Source: Geosiphon pyriformis uo1
Lineage: Eukaryota > Fungi > Glomeromycota
Length of the DNA: 64,000 nucleotides
Direction: 5' to 3'
NCBI GenBank assembly: GCA_016748015.1
Contig: JAAOMT010000128.1
Coordinates: 1,309,538-1,373,537 of the forward strand
A program made the position numbers and the translations under genes. Below, piece by piece: positions 50,851 to 64,000 of this stretch. Every line of letters starts with the position of its first letter. Position 1 is the stretch's first letter. The notes below the pieces were generated by a model. The model was not told where the DNA came from. It saw nothing but the letters and a program-made list of their open reading frames with translations, and ran no database searches.

Positions 50851-52694
50851 ATATTAAAACTGTTCTTCGATTACGAAGCTACTGTTGGCCCTATTATTGC
50901 TATTATAAAGAAGACTATTAAAGTTTCTGGATCTGAGTGTGATTTTAAGGCAGTTGAATCAAAAAAAAGGAAGAGAGGTGTATTGGCAGAGGGTATTGAT
51001 AATAAAGGGGTTGCTGCTGAAGCTCTTGGTGCTTGTTCATGGAGTTCTGAGACAGGTGACACTATTGAATTTGAGAGTATTGACATGGAGGAGGAGTGCT
51101 TGGTTAAAGAAACCAGGGTTGACTATGATGAGAGTGGTGTTTTCGCAGAAAGGGATCCTAATCAGATGCCAAAGAGTTTGCATGTAAAGACCAAAAAGGT
51201 GTTAGGGAAGCCTCTGAGTGTGATTGATTATGGTACTGTTAATACAGATGATGACGTGTTAGATGATTTCTTTCTTCTTCCACCCCCTCTACCTATCAAG
51301 CTGACTGTTTAAATGCCTGTTCGCAAATCCTTCACTTTAGATATTGATTTTGTGGCCATCACTGGGAAGTTTTCTCAAGAAAAATTGAGTTTTATCAGGA
51401 AAATCTTTTCAAGTGTGAATGGTTTTGGGGGGGCTTCTACTCTCTCAAAATTTGCTGGAATTATTCGTGCCACTTTCACTTTGGAAAAGACAATGATAGC
51501 TGCTAGAAAGTTGGCAAATAATTGTGGTGTTGTGGTAAACACTGATCTCAAGTGCCCTGTAAACAATTGTATGAATTGGGCAATTATAGTGAAAAAAATT
51601 CCTATGGGAACTTCCATGAAGGCTGTGTGCACTGCCATGTCCAAGTTTGGATTAAGTCAATCAAGATACAGCTAGTGGGTCTGTGGCAAAAAGCGATTAT
51701 CGAATTAAAAGATCAGAATCAGGCTGATCTCTTGACATCCAAATGGTCTATCCTTATTGGAAAAGATGCAGTATGTGTGGCCAGAGCCAATGTTGACAAA
51801 CAAATGTGGAATTCCAGGAATGAATTCAGGGCACTGCTATACACTCTTCCTGTTGGGACAAATGCTTATGACCTTTGGAATTTTGTTGGTTTAGTTGGTG
51901 AAAAAACATGTGTCATTGATTATAATCCTGTTAGCTACGTCCATGCTTGCTGTGCTACTGTTTGCTTTGGGTCTAAATCTGATCTGATTAGTGCAATGGC
52001 TGCAACCCCAGTTATAAAAAGGATTGGTCTCTACTGGTCTTGCCTCTCTTTGGCACTGTGGTCAGTCTGTGGTCTTCCTGGTCATATATCTCTTAATTGT
52101 GTTTCAGTTAAAGTTGGTTCAATCTTGAGAGACAGAAAGACACCTCTTTCTGCTCAGAATCAGATCAGATTGGCAAATATCTATGCTTGGAAGTCTGCGT
52201 CCATTTCTCGTCCATTGGTCTTCAGTGGTAAGACTTGGGCATCAGTGGTTGGTGCTCTTCTGGTGCATAGTTCTCATGGTGCTGGTTTGATTCTTGGTTC
52301 TAACAAAGTTGGTAAACCTTTCCCTCCTGTTGCAAGTGATTTGGAAAAGCATTCAGTGAATATTGAAAACAGTCTCATTAGCTTTGCAAAACAAATTAGT
52401 GAGTTGGTTAAGAGATTAGATTCACTCATGCCAGCAGTTCCCCAGCCTAGCCCTGGATATCAGCTGCCAGTGACCCCTCTGTTACAGAATCAAGAGAAGA
52501 ATATGGTGATGGAAGTGAGTTCGGGTGATGCCACTGGTGATGAGACTGCTGCCGTTCTGAGTTCAACTGCCTCACCTGAAATTGTGAAATTGGAAAACAT
52601 GTTGGAAGGTCTTTCTACTTTGGTCATAAGCCTATCAGCATGCTTGGATGGTTTGGCTCTGGCAGATGGTGCTCCTTCTTTATCTCTTCCTTAA
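50851..52694 (+). pseudogene. LINE-c ORF1 (acidic N-terminus, RRM-like region, CCHC knuckle, coiled coil)
   Basis: ORFs 50983, 51313 and 51552 joined by one stop and one frameshift; (C>W)SVCGLPGHISLNC; start position approximate. Confidence 0.85.
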
Positions 52695-55600
52695 TGAGTG
52701 GTCTGGTATAAAAAATTGCTATGTGTAATGTTTGTGGGTTGAACAATTCTGCAAAGCAAGATGATGTTATTTGTTGGCACAAGGATATGAACAATTTGGT
52801 TTCTATTTTTATGAAATCAAAGCTTAAAGGGAAAGTTCACCCATGGTTGGCCAACAAATTTGATGGTGTTTAGATTTTTACTTCTGGTCTGGATTCTGGT
52901 TTTTTGGGCGCTGGGGTGTTAATTGTCATGAATTCTTCTTTAGTGAAACATGTCTGCAAGGTCTCTGAGGTGCCTGGTTGGCTTCTATTCATCAAATTGC
53001 TTTTCAAAAATAAACTTTCAGTGTCTATTTTGGGGCTCTATGCTGGTGCTTCATTAGTGGTTTGGTTTTCTTAGGCAGGTGAGATCAACTCTCTCATTGC
53101 TAAAGCTGTTAATGAGTCTTCTTTTGTTGTTCTTGGTGGTGATTTTAATGAAGATGGCTCGCACAAATGTGCCAGTTTCAAAAAATGTTTTGATTTGAGT
53201 TTGATTAACTCTTTTGGGGGGAGCTCTTTTGTGAAGTCACCTACTTGGTGCAATTCTCATGATATTACTAAGACACTTGACTATGTGTTCATTTCTTCTA
53301 ATTTGGTTAATGTGGTGGTGGATTGTGGTGTGAATAGCATTGAAGACTATTTTAATACCAATCACAAGGCTGTTTATGTTTCTGCAGAACTGGGTGGCCT
53401 GCTAGATGTCAGATTGAACTCACTGCACAAATAAGCAAATACAAATTGTTAGAAATATAACATTAAAAATGCCAGTGAGATTAAGTGGTTAGAATTCAGG
53501 AATGCTACGGCTGCTAATGCTATTATGTTTTCAGATGAGTTTGTTGCAGCTGAGTGGTTTTCTGATCTGGATGCAATGTGAGACATTGTTTATAAGGTTA
53601 TGGTTCTTTTGGCTGGTGGAACATTTAAAAAAAAATGGTTTAAGAGTTTCGATTATGTTTTTAATAAGGTATCTTTCTGGTTTCATAAATTGGAACTACT
53701 TGTGTCTAAACTGGTGAAGGCTTCTTGGTTGGTTTCTGGTGGGGATTTTGCCTTGTTGTTGAATACTTGGATCAGACTTGATTCTGTGAGCACTTCGCCA
53801 GTGAAATCTATGTTTCTTTCTGGCACCAGTTTTAATGCGATCTGTTCTGGGCTGGTTAAGACAAAGAAGTTTTATTGCTTTTCTAAGTTGTTAGAATCTA
53901 AGCATGCTGAAGAATCTTGTGTAAGGCAGGCTATTGAGAGGAGAATGAAGAGTTTTGAGATGGATAAGGGTCACACCATTAGAAGTGTTTTGGAGCGTCT
54001 TTTTTGTAAAGTGGTATTGGATCATTTGGTGGATGGAAGAGAGTTGGTCTTGGAGCCTGAGTTGGTTAAATCTAAAATAAATGGAATCATGGAGAGTTGG
54101 ACTAGGAAACGTGTGGTGGCTTCTAATATCTCTGGTGATTGGGCAAGACAATTTCGGTCTTTGGATCATGTCTTCAATGGCGCCTTTTTTGATGTAATGT
54201 ATTCAATCAATTTTGATGAGATGTTTGGTGTTATTTCAAATTTGTTCGATGGGAAAGTGGCTGGTCTTTCTAGTATCACTAATGAACTTTGGAAACACTG
54301 TGACAAGTCAGTCTTGGATATGCTTTTGGTGTTCTTAAATTTTTGTTTGGGTTGTGAGTTGGTGCCTAGACCTTGGAGGGAAGTCTGGGTCTCAATGATT
54401 CCTAAACCTTATGAATGGGAGGGGGTTCTTACTAATACCCATCCTATTGCTTTAATTGAAACAGCCTGCAAGATTCTGTCAGATAGAATTTCTTTGGCTT
54501 GTAGCAAGTTTGATGTTTTGTGTAAAGACAATTTCTCAGTTTTGAAGAGTACAACAACACAGTCTCTGATTTTTGCTGTTGGTTTTGTGATTAAGAATGC
54601 CTTAAAGAAGAACCGTGAACTATGGTTGGTTTTGCAGGATATGCGCAAAGCCTATAATTTTGTTGGTTGGGAGCACCTTAGGAAGAGTTTGGTTAGGATC
54701 AAAATATATGACAGTTTTATTAGATTTTTTGGCTCCATCCACAATGGTTGCACTAACAAGATAATAATGAATTTTGGTTTGACAGACAGATATCATGTGC
54801 ATGATAGCTTGAATTAAGGTGAAGTTTTCTCACCACTTTTGTAATGCATATTTTATGATTCGCTTCTTTGTGAGGTCAAGAGGCAGGAGACAGTATGTGG
54901 CTATAGATTAAATTCTTATTTTGTTTCCAAAACTGGCCAGGTGGAATCTTAAGCTGGACTGACATCATTTCTGGCTGCTGGTGCTTTTGTTGATGATATG
55001 ATTTGGGTAGACAATAGCCAGTCGGCTACTCAACATATTCTTAATGTCGCTAGTGATTTCTTTAGGATTAATGACATTTCAATAAATAATGAAAAGACTG
55101 TGGCCATCCCTATTAACTGTCAAGTAGTAAATCCTACTCTTAATATCAGTGGCTTGCCTATCTCTGTTGCCAAAAAGGGAGAACCTCATTGTTATCTGGG
55201 AATTTTTTTTTTTTCTGAAAGTCTGTCTAGGCTTAGCTTGGTTAGAGCACATTTGGATGTTTGGTTTTTTACCAATCTTGTCTTAAGAAGAGTGATTTCA
55301 GATAAACAATTTGCATATTTAGTGTCAGCAGTGCTTGTTCCTATCGTCAGTTACAGGATTCAGTTCAGTTTTGTCCCTACTAGTGTGTACAACAAATGGG
55401 ATGCTCTTATTCACAAGAGTTTGAAATTTAAGTCTGGTCTGCCTCTCAATTTTCCCAATGATGCACTTTATCACCCTTCTTTATATGGTTTAAAAACATT
55501 CGAGCAGATTCAGGCTGAAAGTAAATCAGCTTCTGTTGTTTTTTTTGTAAATTCGGTTGGTGTTTTGGGTCGGTTGTTTTCTCACAAATCCCACAATCTC

Positions 55601-57370
55601 CAGGTTCTCAGCTGGTGCCCATGACATCCATTATTATTTCCAACTTGTATTAGGGTCAACTTTTCAAATAATTTTTTGGCTGGTGTGGTCTGCATTTTTT
55701 TTGATTTGGATTTGTCTTTGGGTGGCTCGGTGGCCAGTGCCTTTCACCTTCAGTCTGGTACTCCTTTGTCTTTTGTGCTTAGTGATAGGATGTTTTTCAA
55801 GTGTGTTTCTTTACTCCGCCAATATGGTGTTGTATTTGTGAAACAACTTTGAGACCGTAATGGTGCTGTTTTTGGTTGGTCAGCTTTCAAGCAGTAGAAG
55901 AAGTTGGACCCCCATGGCCCAGTTCTATTTTGGTATGATACTGCTGTTCACTTTATTACAGATATGACCTTCTCTTCTATTAGTCTATCATTCTTGGATG
56001 GCAGTGTGCCTCATAACATTCTTCAGTTCTGTGAGTTTGGTGTGGTCAGTTCCAGTCTGTTGAATGCTAATTCTAATCATCTTTCTGTATATACGGATGG
56101 TTCTTTGTGCGGGCTGAGAACTTGCGATATGAAAGCTAGTACTGCAGTATTTTTTGAAGACATTAATATGGGTTTGGGTGTGAGTGTGTCTGGTTTGGTC
56201 TCTTTTACATTGGCCGAATTACAGGCCATTGCTTTGGCTCTTGAGTGTGTTCCTTCTCTTAGTTCTGTTGATTTGTTCTTAGACAGTCAGGCTGCTTTGG
56301 ATGCGTGTGTTTCAGAATCTGTTTTGTTTTGTCCAGATTTCAGGAATTGGTGCTGGATTGAATGCCGCCATATTGCTAACATCATTCGTCATAAATGGTT
56401 GAACATAAATTGGGTTAAAGTCAAAGATCATTCTGGCATTATGAGCAATGAGTGCACTAATGAATTTGCTAAGACTGCTGTTTTTTCTGACTTTTACCTG
56501 CCTTCTTCAATCAATGAATGGTTTCTAAAAGCTGGTAGTACTATGGTTTCTGGTAGTTCTAGACATTTTGTCCATGATGTTTTCCAATCAATATATCGTG
56601 TAGGTTGGGAGGTGAATTTGGGCTCTCAGATCATATTGAGTAACTTGCATTCAGGTGTGGATTGGTTCAGATCTTTTTTGGTGTGGCATCCGAATTCTCA
56701 TTTGGCTGCTGGTTTTACCAGTAAACATACTGCCAACTGTCAAACATATTTCATGAAGGCATTGCATCACCAGCTTTTTGTAGCTGTGCGTAAACATTTG
56801 TATAATAAGTGCTATTCCAGTGTGATATGTCTTTATTGTGGTGATGTTGAGGTCTCTAACCATGTGTTTTCTTGCTCATCTGATGTTTCTGCCCATGCTC
56901 AGTTGGTTGATATTCATGCATCTGCTTGGAAGGCTCACACTGGTTTTTCTCGTTCTTCTTCGTGTGTTGTATAGTTGTTGTCAAATTGTGTTTCTGGTGC
57001 TGTGGTTGGCACGGCTCTGTGTAAAGGTTTTGTTTTTAATGATTAATACCATGAATCAGTTGCTGTTTTTAAGGATTTCAAAGTGGCAGCTCTGACCGTT
57101 ATGGACTTTGTGCATAAATTTTGTCTTGTTTTTTGGAAGAAGATTTGGCTGGTTCATGCCAAACACAGATCTCTTATGGAGAGAAATAGTTTAATTCCAC
57201 ATAATGGTTCTCTCCCTCTTCTTGTTATAGGCCCCTCTAAGTTACTTTCAGCTGGTGTGGTTAAGTTATTAGGTATTGTTGTTGCCTTTGGTATTAGCTT
57301 TGGGTTTCATAAATCTTGTCTGTTTTTTTCTGGTGTAGGTGATATGATTTCTGTTCATATAGGTGTTTAG
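52694..57370 (+). pseudogene. LINE-c ORF2: APE endonuclease, RT, RNase H, C-terminal CCHC
   Basis: GGDFNE, KTLDYVF, NHKAV (APE); IPKP, PIALI, QDMRKAY, AFVDD (RT); YTDGS, AELQAI, LDSQAA, VKDHSG..NE (RNase H); CLYCG..NHVFSC. Confidence 0.93.
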
Positions 57371-58042
57371 TGTTGTTTTGATCAGCTTGAGTGGCTGGTC
57401 ACATGTATAAAATGCATGATTCGCATTTAGTTTAAATCATTTGCATGATATATAGTACTAGGTAGCATTTGGACTTCATTTGTTAAAAAATAATATTAAA
57501 TTTTTATTAAAAATAATTGGCTTCTTAAAACCAATATAAACTTAAATTGAAAAACTTATGAACTAAAAATTTTTTATCAAAGACAACATATTTAAATACT
57601 TGTTACTTATAATATTTTTAACAAATAATCTGAAAAAACACCAGTTTTTAAATTTAAAAAAAAGCCAATTATTAAAATTTACATAATACTTAATTCTTAA
57701 TTCAATTAGGTTAAAAAGACAAAATAATAATTATTTAACCAACCTAAACCAAAATTAATATTATGGTCAGAAAATTTTTATTAATAAACTTTATTAACAA
57801 CAATAATTAAATAAATTAATAGTTAATATTTTTTTTATTTGAAATTATAATCATAAAAACAGTAAGCTTATATTTTACAAAAATACAAAAATTGTAATAA
57901 AAACTTTTATTCATAAAAGTCTGTATTTTATTTAAAAAAAATATAAAATTTATATTTATTACTATTAGAAAGTCTACTATTAAGAATAATTTAGCAGTCC
58001 TAAATAAAATAAAAAATAAGACAACATATTTTATCTTATATA

Positions 58043-59396
58043 CAGGGGGGTATAAAAAGTATTGGACACTTAATATAATATATAAAAAAGGCTATATATT
58101 GTAATACCATTACCAATTTAAGCCATAATTTTTTTTATAATTACTTATAGTTATAATCTACAAATCAACATAAATCACGTTCTTGTAAAACACAACAGTA
58201 GATTATATACATATATATAAAATATTAAACATTCTTGTCATAAAAAAATTTACTGCATCAAATGTGTCTTGGAAAAAAACTTTCTGAATACCAAAAAGAA
58301 GAGATTATTTCAGCAAAAAAGTTAGGACATACAAACAGTGAAATTTCTATGACTATTGGATATTTATGTTCTTCTGTAATACATGTATAGAAGTCATATA
58401 AGCTAAAAAAACTTTTTAAAAAACAAACAGGCTGATCACAAATTCTTGACAAATGTACACATGAACAACTCAAATATTTAATAATAGAGAATAAAGAAAA
58501 CTGCCACAAAACTCTTTCTCAAATATAATTAAATTTTATTAAAAATACCAACAAATCTATTTCTATACAAACTATTCGAAATGGATTAGCTCAAGAAGGA
58601 CTTTGCTCGTGCATTCTTTGTCTCAAGCCATTAATTTCCAAATCAAATAAAAAAAACATTTACAATGGGCTTGTACTTATGAAAATTGGACAGTAGAAGA
58701 TTTTAACTGAGTTGTTTGGTCAGATGAATCTACATATACATAATTTAGAAGTACAGGATTTGGACGTATAAAGTATAAACCTTCCCAAGAGTTTTATAAG
58801 GATTGTATTGCAGCCACAGTTAGAAAAAGCTTTGGTTGTATGTTTTGGGGATGTTTTTCATGGGTTGGTTTGGGTCTTTTAGTTCCTTTGGTTGGTTATA
58901 TTACTTGAGTTATACACCATGAAACCTTGGCTAATTATGCAATTCCTATGGTAAAACTTTATGCAAAAAAAAACTAAAAAAAAGTTTTTTTTTCAAGAAG
59001 ACAATGCACCAATTCACACATCAAAAGTCACATGTTCTTTTTTTACCTCTTCAAATGTTGAATTACTTTCTTAACCATCACAAAGTCCTGATATTACTTC
59101 AATAGAAAATTTTTGGTCATATATTGAAGTCAAAATTTGTTAACGTAATTTACAACCCTCAAATATTGTACAATTAAAACAGTAGGTTAAGGAAAAATGG
59201 GATGCAATATCTGTAAATTATTATTATAATTTAATCAAGTCTAACCACGTCGAGTTCAAGCTATTCTTGAAGCAAATGGGAGTCAAATAAACTACTAACA
59301 TGTATTTTAATATAATAATAAAAAATTAATGATTTATAAGTTAGTTCTTTTATATAACATATTATAAAAGTATTTAATATTTTTTATACTCCCCTG
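58043..59396 (+). mobile_element. Tc1-type DNA transposon (1354 bp)
   Basis: About 28-bp TIRs (CAGGGGGGTATAAAAAGTATTGGACACT and its imperfect inverse); TA duplication at 58041-58042 and 59397-59398. Confidence 0.95.
58262..59298 (+). pseudogene. Tc1 DDE transposase, disrupted
   Basis: VVWSDES, MFWGCF, FQEDNAPIHTS, QSPDITSIENFW motifs; stops and frameshifts. Confidence 0.9.
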
Positions 59397-59401
59397 TATA
59401 G

Positions 59402-60760
59402 TATTACATATAGATTTTTGAAGTAAGTTTTGGGTGATTTTTATAACTTGATGTTCAAATTAAGTGAAATATATTCTAAAAATTTTGTATAAAAGTTTTT
59501 TGTATAATAAACAGAGATTTATTTAATAATAATTAATAATAAGTTTGATAATTTTTTTAGCTTATGTTTATGTTTTTTCTTAATATTTTTTATTAACCAA
59601 TTTTTAATATCATAATTTTAGTGCTTTTTTTATAATTAATTGATAACTCAAAATAAATACAACTAATAAAATAATAAAATAATAATTAGTATTTTATCAA
59701 TAATTATGATTAAGAACTATTGTTTCAGTTTTGTTAAGTAATTATTATAAATTTTAATAACATTAATCTTATAATAATATAAGTTTTATTATAATAATTT
59801 TGAATTTATTAATTAATAAATAAGATAAAAATTTATTGAATAATTTTAATTAATTTATAATTGTTAATAAAAATAAAAATAATTAAACTAATTTTAAAAT
59901 AAGCTTGTTTGTTGTTTTACTTAAACAATTAATTAATTAATATTTTTTTAACTTTTACTACCTTTATTATATATACATAAATTTTTATAATATAAAATTT
60001 CTGAAATTACATGTTCTAATAATTTTTTACTTTGTTATTGGCTATTTATATTATTATTATTTTTGTGTTTTTTTTTACAAATAAAAATTATTAATTTTTT
60101 TTAATATTAAGCTTTTGCAAAATTTTTTAAGTATTTTTTTTGAATAAGTTCACAGACTTTTTTTTTATTATGAACTTAAAAATTTCTGTTTTCAACTTTT
60201 TAAATTGTGAATTGGTTATTTTTTCAGTTAGTTTGCTGTTAAATTTTTTATTACTGAATGTAATAGTTTTTTTTTCATATTTATAAAATATTATATACAA
60301 TTGGTAAATTGTTTTTACATAGATTATTAAGTCGTTTTTCTTAATAAAATGTTTTATTTGTTGTACTGTTTTTTTGTCAAATATTTAATTAATACTATTT
60401 ATATATAATATTTAAATATTTAATTATTGTCCTATTTAATAATAACAATATGTTATTAAAAATTATTTTTTCCAATTTTTTTAGTTTTTTTTTGTTAATT
60501 TTTCTAATTAAACACTTGTTATTAAATTTTTAAAAGTTTTTTTTATTTTTTTAACAAGTTTTTTTACAGTTATTTTTTGGTCTTTGAGTTTTATTATATA
60601 AAGTTTTCTTAATTGTCTTATTTTTTTAAGTGTTTTTATAACAAATTTTTGTTTGTTAACTGTTATTTTTATGTTTAAATTTTTGGTTTCCAATATTTAA
60701 AACAATTATTGTGCTATTGTGTATATTTTATTTGTTATTTCCATTTTTTTTTTAGAAAAA
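59402..60760 (-). mobile_element. Decayed A-related 3' end (3' LTR ~59402-60087, PPT, ORF3 relic)
   Basis: 60100-60760 resembles 31900-32530; LTR block AAGAACTATTGTTTC ~59712; boundaries approximate. Confidence 0.65.
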
Positions 60761-60764
60761 ATTT

Positions 60765-63003
60765 TTCATTAATCAATAATTTTAGAAGATCACCACTTTT
60801 TTAAAATTTGAAAAAATCATTAATTTAATATTTACATTAGAGAAAAACATGAAAAAGACTATATTATTGGCCAAAAAAAAAGATATTATTGTAAACAGCA
60901 ATCTTAAAAAACAAGAAATCCATTCAAATTAAGTGATAATAATAAAAAAATTCTCATAAATATGCTAAAAAAAATAATTATTACTGCAGTATTTGAGTTT
61001 GGTCAAATTGTATTAATTTGATTACAACTAATTGGGCTATAGTAAAAAAACTATAATAGAATTTACCAAATTGAATTAGACAAATTTGTTAATAACTAAA
61101 TAGTCATTCTTAATTAAAAAAGATTCAGTGCATATTGCTAAGACTGTAGAAGATTATAATATTTGAATGTTAAGAAATCAGTTTAAAGCATTTTTATTTA
61201 CTTTGTTAGTAGAAATAACTGCTTATAATTTTGAGATATTATTAGAAGGAATAAGTAAAAAAACCTGTATAATTAATTGTTTATTTAAATTGAAAAATAG
61301 AGTTTACAACACTACTATTAGCTTTAAATCAAAAAAATCTAGAAGCTGCATTTCACATAAAGCCTAATTTTAGAGATATAAAACTTTTGTGGACTAGATT
61401 GAATTTGATTTGTTATAAGAAGTGTAAACATTATAAATACTCAGTTTTAAAATATAATACCACTGATTTATCTGTTCTTTTGTTAAAAAAAGTTTATAAA
61501 AAATTTATTTCTAATAAGAATTGTCTTTAGTCAGTTTATATTTATTTTAAAAAAAACGTTATTATCTTGTAACTTATAGCTTATGAAAACAAATCTTAAA
61601 TACAGATTGTGTTTTCAGTTTTTGTTTTTATTATTATCAATAATAGTTCTTATATTGAGTCTTTATCTTTTGGGATTTCTTTTTTTGATAAATACATTTT
61701 TTTTTTAAGTCTTGTTTTTTCTTTTGATACTTATCTGAATTCTCTGAAATGGTCTTTGGAACTCTTGTCAGATTAGATCTCAAATATTTTTTATAGACTA
61801 AAAGTTTTAGATTTGGCTTTTTATGTATCCACTATTTTTTTTTCCACTGATAAAACCACTGACTTTTGATTCAACTCTAAATATAGATATAATAATAAAG
61901 AGATTATATAAGCTGCCTTCTTTTTCTGTATTAGTTATAAAAAAATTTTCAGTTTTGGATACAAATATTTCAAAGATTTTGACTTCCAAGATAGAGAGTT
62001 TGAAATCTAAGTTAATTGTTTTAGAGATTTTAGTTAACTTAGTTTTAACAAAGTTAAATCAATTATGTATTGGTTTAAATTTCTTAATGTATTTTTATCT
62101 TAATAAGTAATTTAATTTAGAAGTTTGTTATCTGTAATATTAAAAGTATAAACAATAAAACCAAGCAAAGTAATATTGTTAAGTAGCACAAAAACAATAA
62201 CAATATAATATTAATTATTACTAAGATAAAATTAAAAACAAATACTAAGTCTTAGATTAAAAACAAATTTGCTGGAATTTGTGTATTTAGTTTTGACATG
62301 AATATAAGTTTTAGAGATTTGAGTGTTGTTTTAATTGTAAAAAACTTTTTGGCTTATTATATTTCTAAAGTCTTTGAGGTTTTTGATCAAATTATTTCTG
62401 TTTAATTTTTTTTAAACCAAAGTTTTTTTGTCTGTTATTAGACTATATACTAGTGCTTCAGCTAAAATTAAATTTTCTTAGACTGTTAATATTAACAGCT
62501 TTATAGCTAATATAGTTAACACTAATATATATATTGTTTTGAATAAAAATTTTAATAAAAATGGCTTTAAACAAAATAGAAATTTAAAAAATACATTAAT
62601 ATAAATCTATACAATTTTTTTTGTAAAAGTTTTTTGGCTAAAACTTTAACTTAAAACAATTCAAAAGACATAAAAAAACTATTAATTACATGTTAGTTAA
62701 CAAACATCTTTTGATAATTATATTGAATTATTGGATTTATAATGTGTCTGAATTCTTTAATACTGATTATAAAATTATTTTGGTCTTTTTTGGCTTAAAA
62801 AGTCTATTAGATAAGTACTAAATTACTGTTTGCAAGCATATAAACAAAAATCAATAAAAGTTTGGAATTAAAAAAGTGAATAAAGTAAAATAAGCTTATT
62901 TTAGAAATGTTTTATTTACAAGAATGTTTTTAGTATTAAAAAGCTTTTAAACAACAAGAAAAATAGAAGATTTGAATTTGATATAAAATTCTCTCAAGAG
63001 TAT
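60765..63003 (+). mobile_element. LINE-d: decayed, 5'-truncated LINE (ORF1 and APE start of ORF2)
   Basis: RNQFKAFLFTLLVEITAY matches RNEFRALLYTLPVGTNAY; ORF2 start relic ~62103; left edge approximate. Confidence 0.75.
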
Positions 63004-63152
63004 TGTTACAGATAATTATTTGAAATATTAAAACAAATAACAAATCTGTAACTTATTGCTTAATAGTTAGAAATATTAATGATTTCTGAAGATTTTAGAG
63101 TTTGAAAGTTTGGTTGAGTTTTTTGTATAATAAACAAAGATTCAATTAATAA
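63004..63152 (-). repeat. U5 end of an A-type LTR, interrupted at 63153
   Basis: TGTTACAGATAATTATTTG... matches 40313-40470. Confidence 0.7.
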
Positions 63153-64000
63153 TGTTATTCAAATAGAAAAACCAATCCAAGTTATGAAAAAACGTGATCA
63201 AAAACATAATAATATAGGATAAGATAAAAAAACACAAAATAACATATAATAACTTAGGATAATACAATACAAAATATGATAATATGATATAGTATGAAAT
63301 AATAAAATAACTAATAATAATGTAAAAAAATAAAGCAATAACAAAAATAGCAAACAATAATTAGCAATAACAAAGCAATCAAAAACAGTTTTATAAACTA
63401 AGAAAAATGTATAAAAAAGAGTAGTTATAAAAAATAGAAAAACAGAAAAATAGACAAGAATCAACTTCCTTTTATTTATATTTGTTACATATTTCTTATT
63501 ACATCTTATATCTTATATTACTAAAATAAAAAAAATATTAACAAAAACTCAAAATCTTTGTCTGTATAATTCTTATATTTTACACATTGTAGTTGAATTA
63601 ATCTTTGTTCTTACATTTGTTTTTAGTTAAATGTTTTTAGCATAAAACAGTCTCAAATTATTACAACTTGAACCAATTACTTTTGATCATAGTGATTGAC
63701 AATACTAATTTAATTTTTTTTATTTTTTTTTATTTTTTTTATTTTCTCTTGTGAAGTGGCAACATAAAAAAATTGACTGTCTGGAAATAAATTTCATAAT
63801 AATTTGGTAAAAAAAGAAAGCTTTCTTTAGGATTGAATATTAATATTATCTTGTTAGCTTACCAGAAGAGTAAAAAAAACACCACTAGATCTTAGTGACT
63901 GTACTTGACTAGTTTGGAAAAAATAGCTTATATATAAGAAGTTGTAATATCAGAAAACTATTTTTCTGTGTTTTATAACCAAAGAACTCTATAGATAAAT
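63153..64000 (+). repeat. E-like LTR running off the window, with a U3 tandem array
   Basis: TGTTAT start, CCAAT, ATAATAT-type array similar to the inverse of 41455-41718, TTGGTAA..TTACCAG stem. Confidence 0.65.

Larger units (their letters stand above)
50759..57490 (+). mobile_element. LINE-c: full-length (~6.7 kb) APE-RT-RNaseH non-LTR retrotransposon
   Basis: TSD TAATATCAAA (50749-50758) / TAATATTAAA (57491-57500); two ORFs; 3' UTR and short A tail. Confidence 0.95.
46617..58042 (+). mobile_element. Heavily decayed B-family element F (5' LTR 46617-47578, gag, PR, start of Cys-rich domain), host to a solo LTR, LINE-c and Tc1
   Basis: Colinear with B 11912-15700; PBS relic TTTGATGTT at 47579; protease sequence resumes at 57491. 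Confidence 0.8.

Overview
The window is almost entirely a nested stack of eukaryotic transposable elements in very AT-rich DNA. I could support no host gene, RNA gene or CRISPR array. The families look fungal, probably Glomeromycotina (Geosiphon-like); this is recognition from memory and is unverified. Contents: two families of Ty3/Gypsy LTR retrotransposons with TGTTAC...GTAACA LTRs and 4-bp TSDs (near-complete copies A 8005-28045, B 11912-21758 nested in A, C 31013-41183 on the minus strand, plus decayed copies and solo LTRs); one full-length APE-RT-RNaseH LINE (50759-57490) and three decayed relatives; an ORF1-only, HAL1-like LINE derivative split into three pieces across 37 kb; and a Tc1 DNA transposon (58043-59396). 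TSDs allow a nest up to about 7 layers deep to be reconstructed. Both Gypsy families share an unusual layout: an ATG-less N-terminal domain, then gag-PR-Cys-rich domain-dUTPase-RT-RNaseH in one frame, a stop, an integrase with its own ATG, and a conserved third ORF with no envelope features that ends at the PPT. Their LTRs carry subfamily-specific tandem arrays and covarying stem-loops. All elements are decaying by near-exclusive C:G>T:A transitions that are not confined to CpG or CpA.
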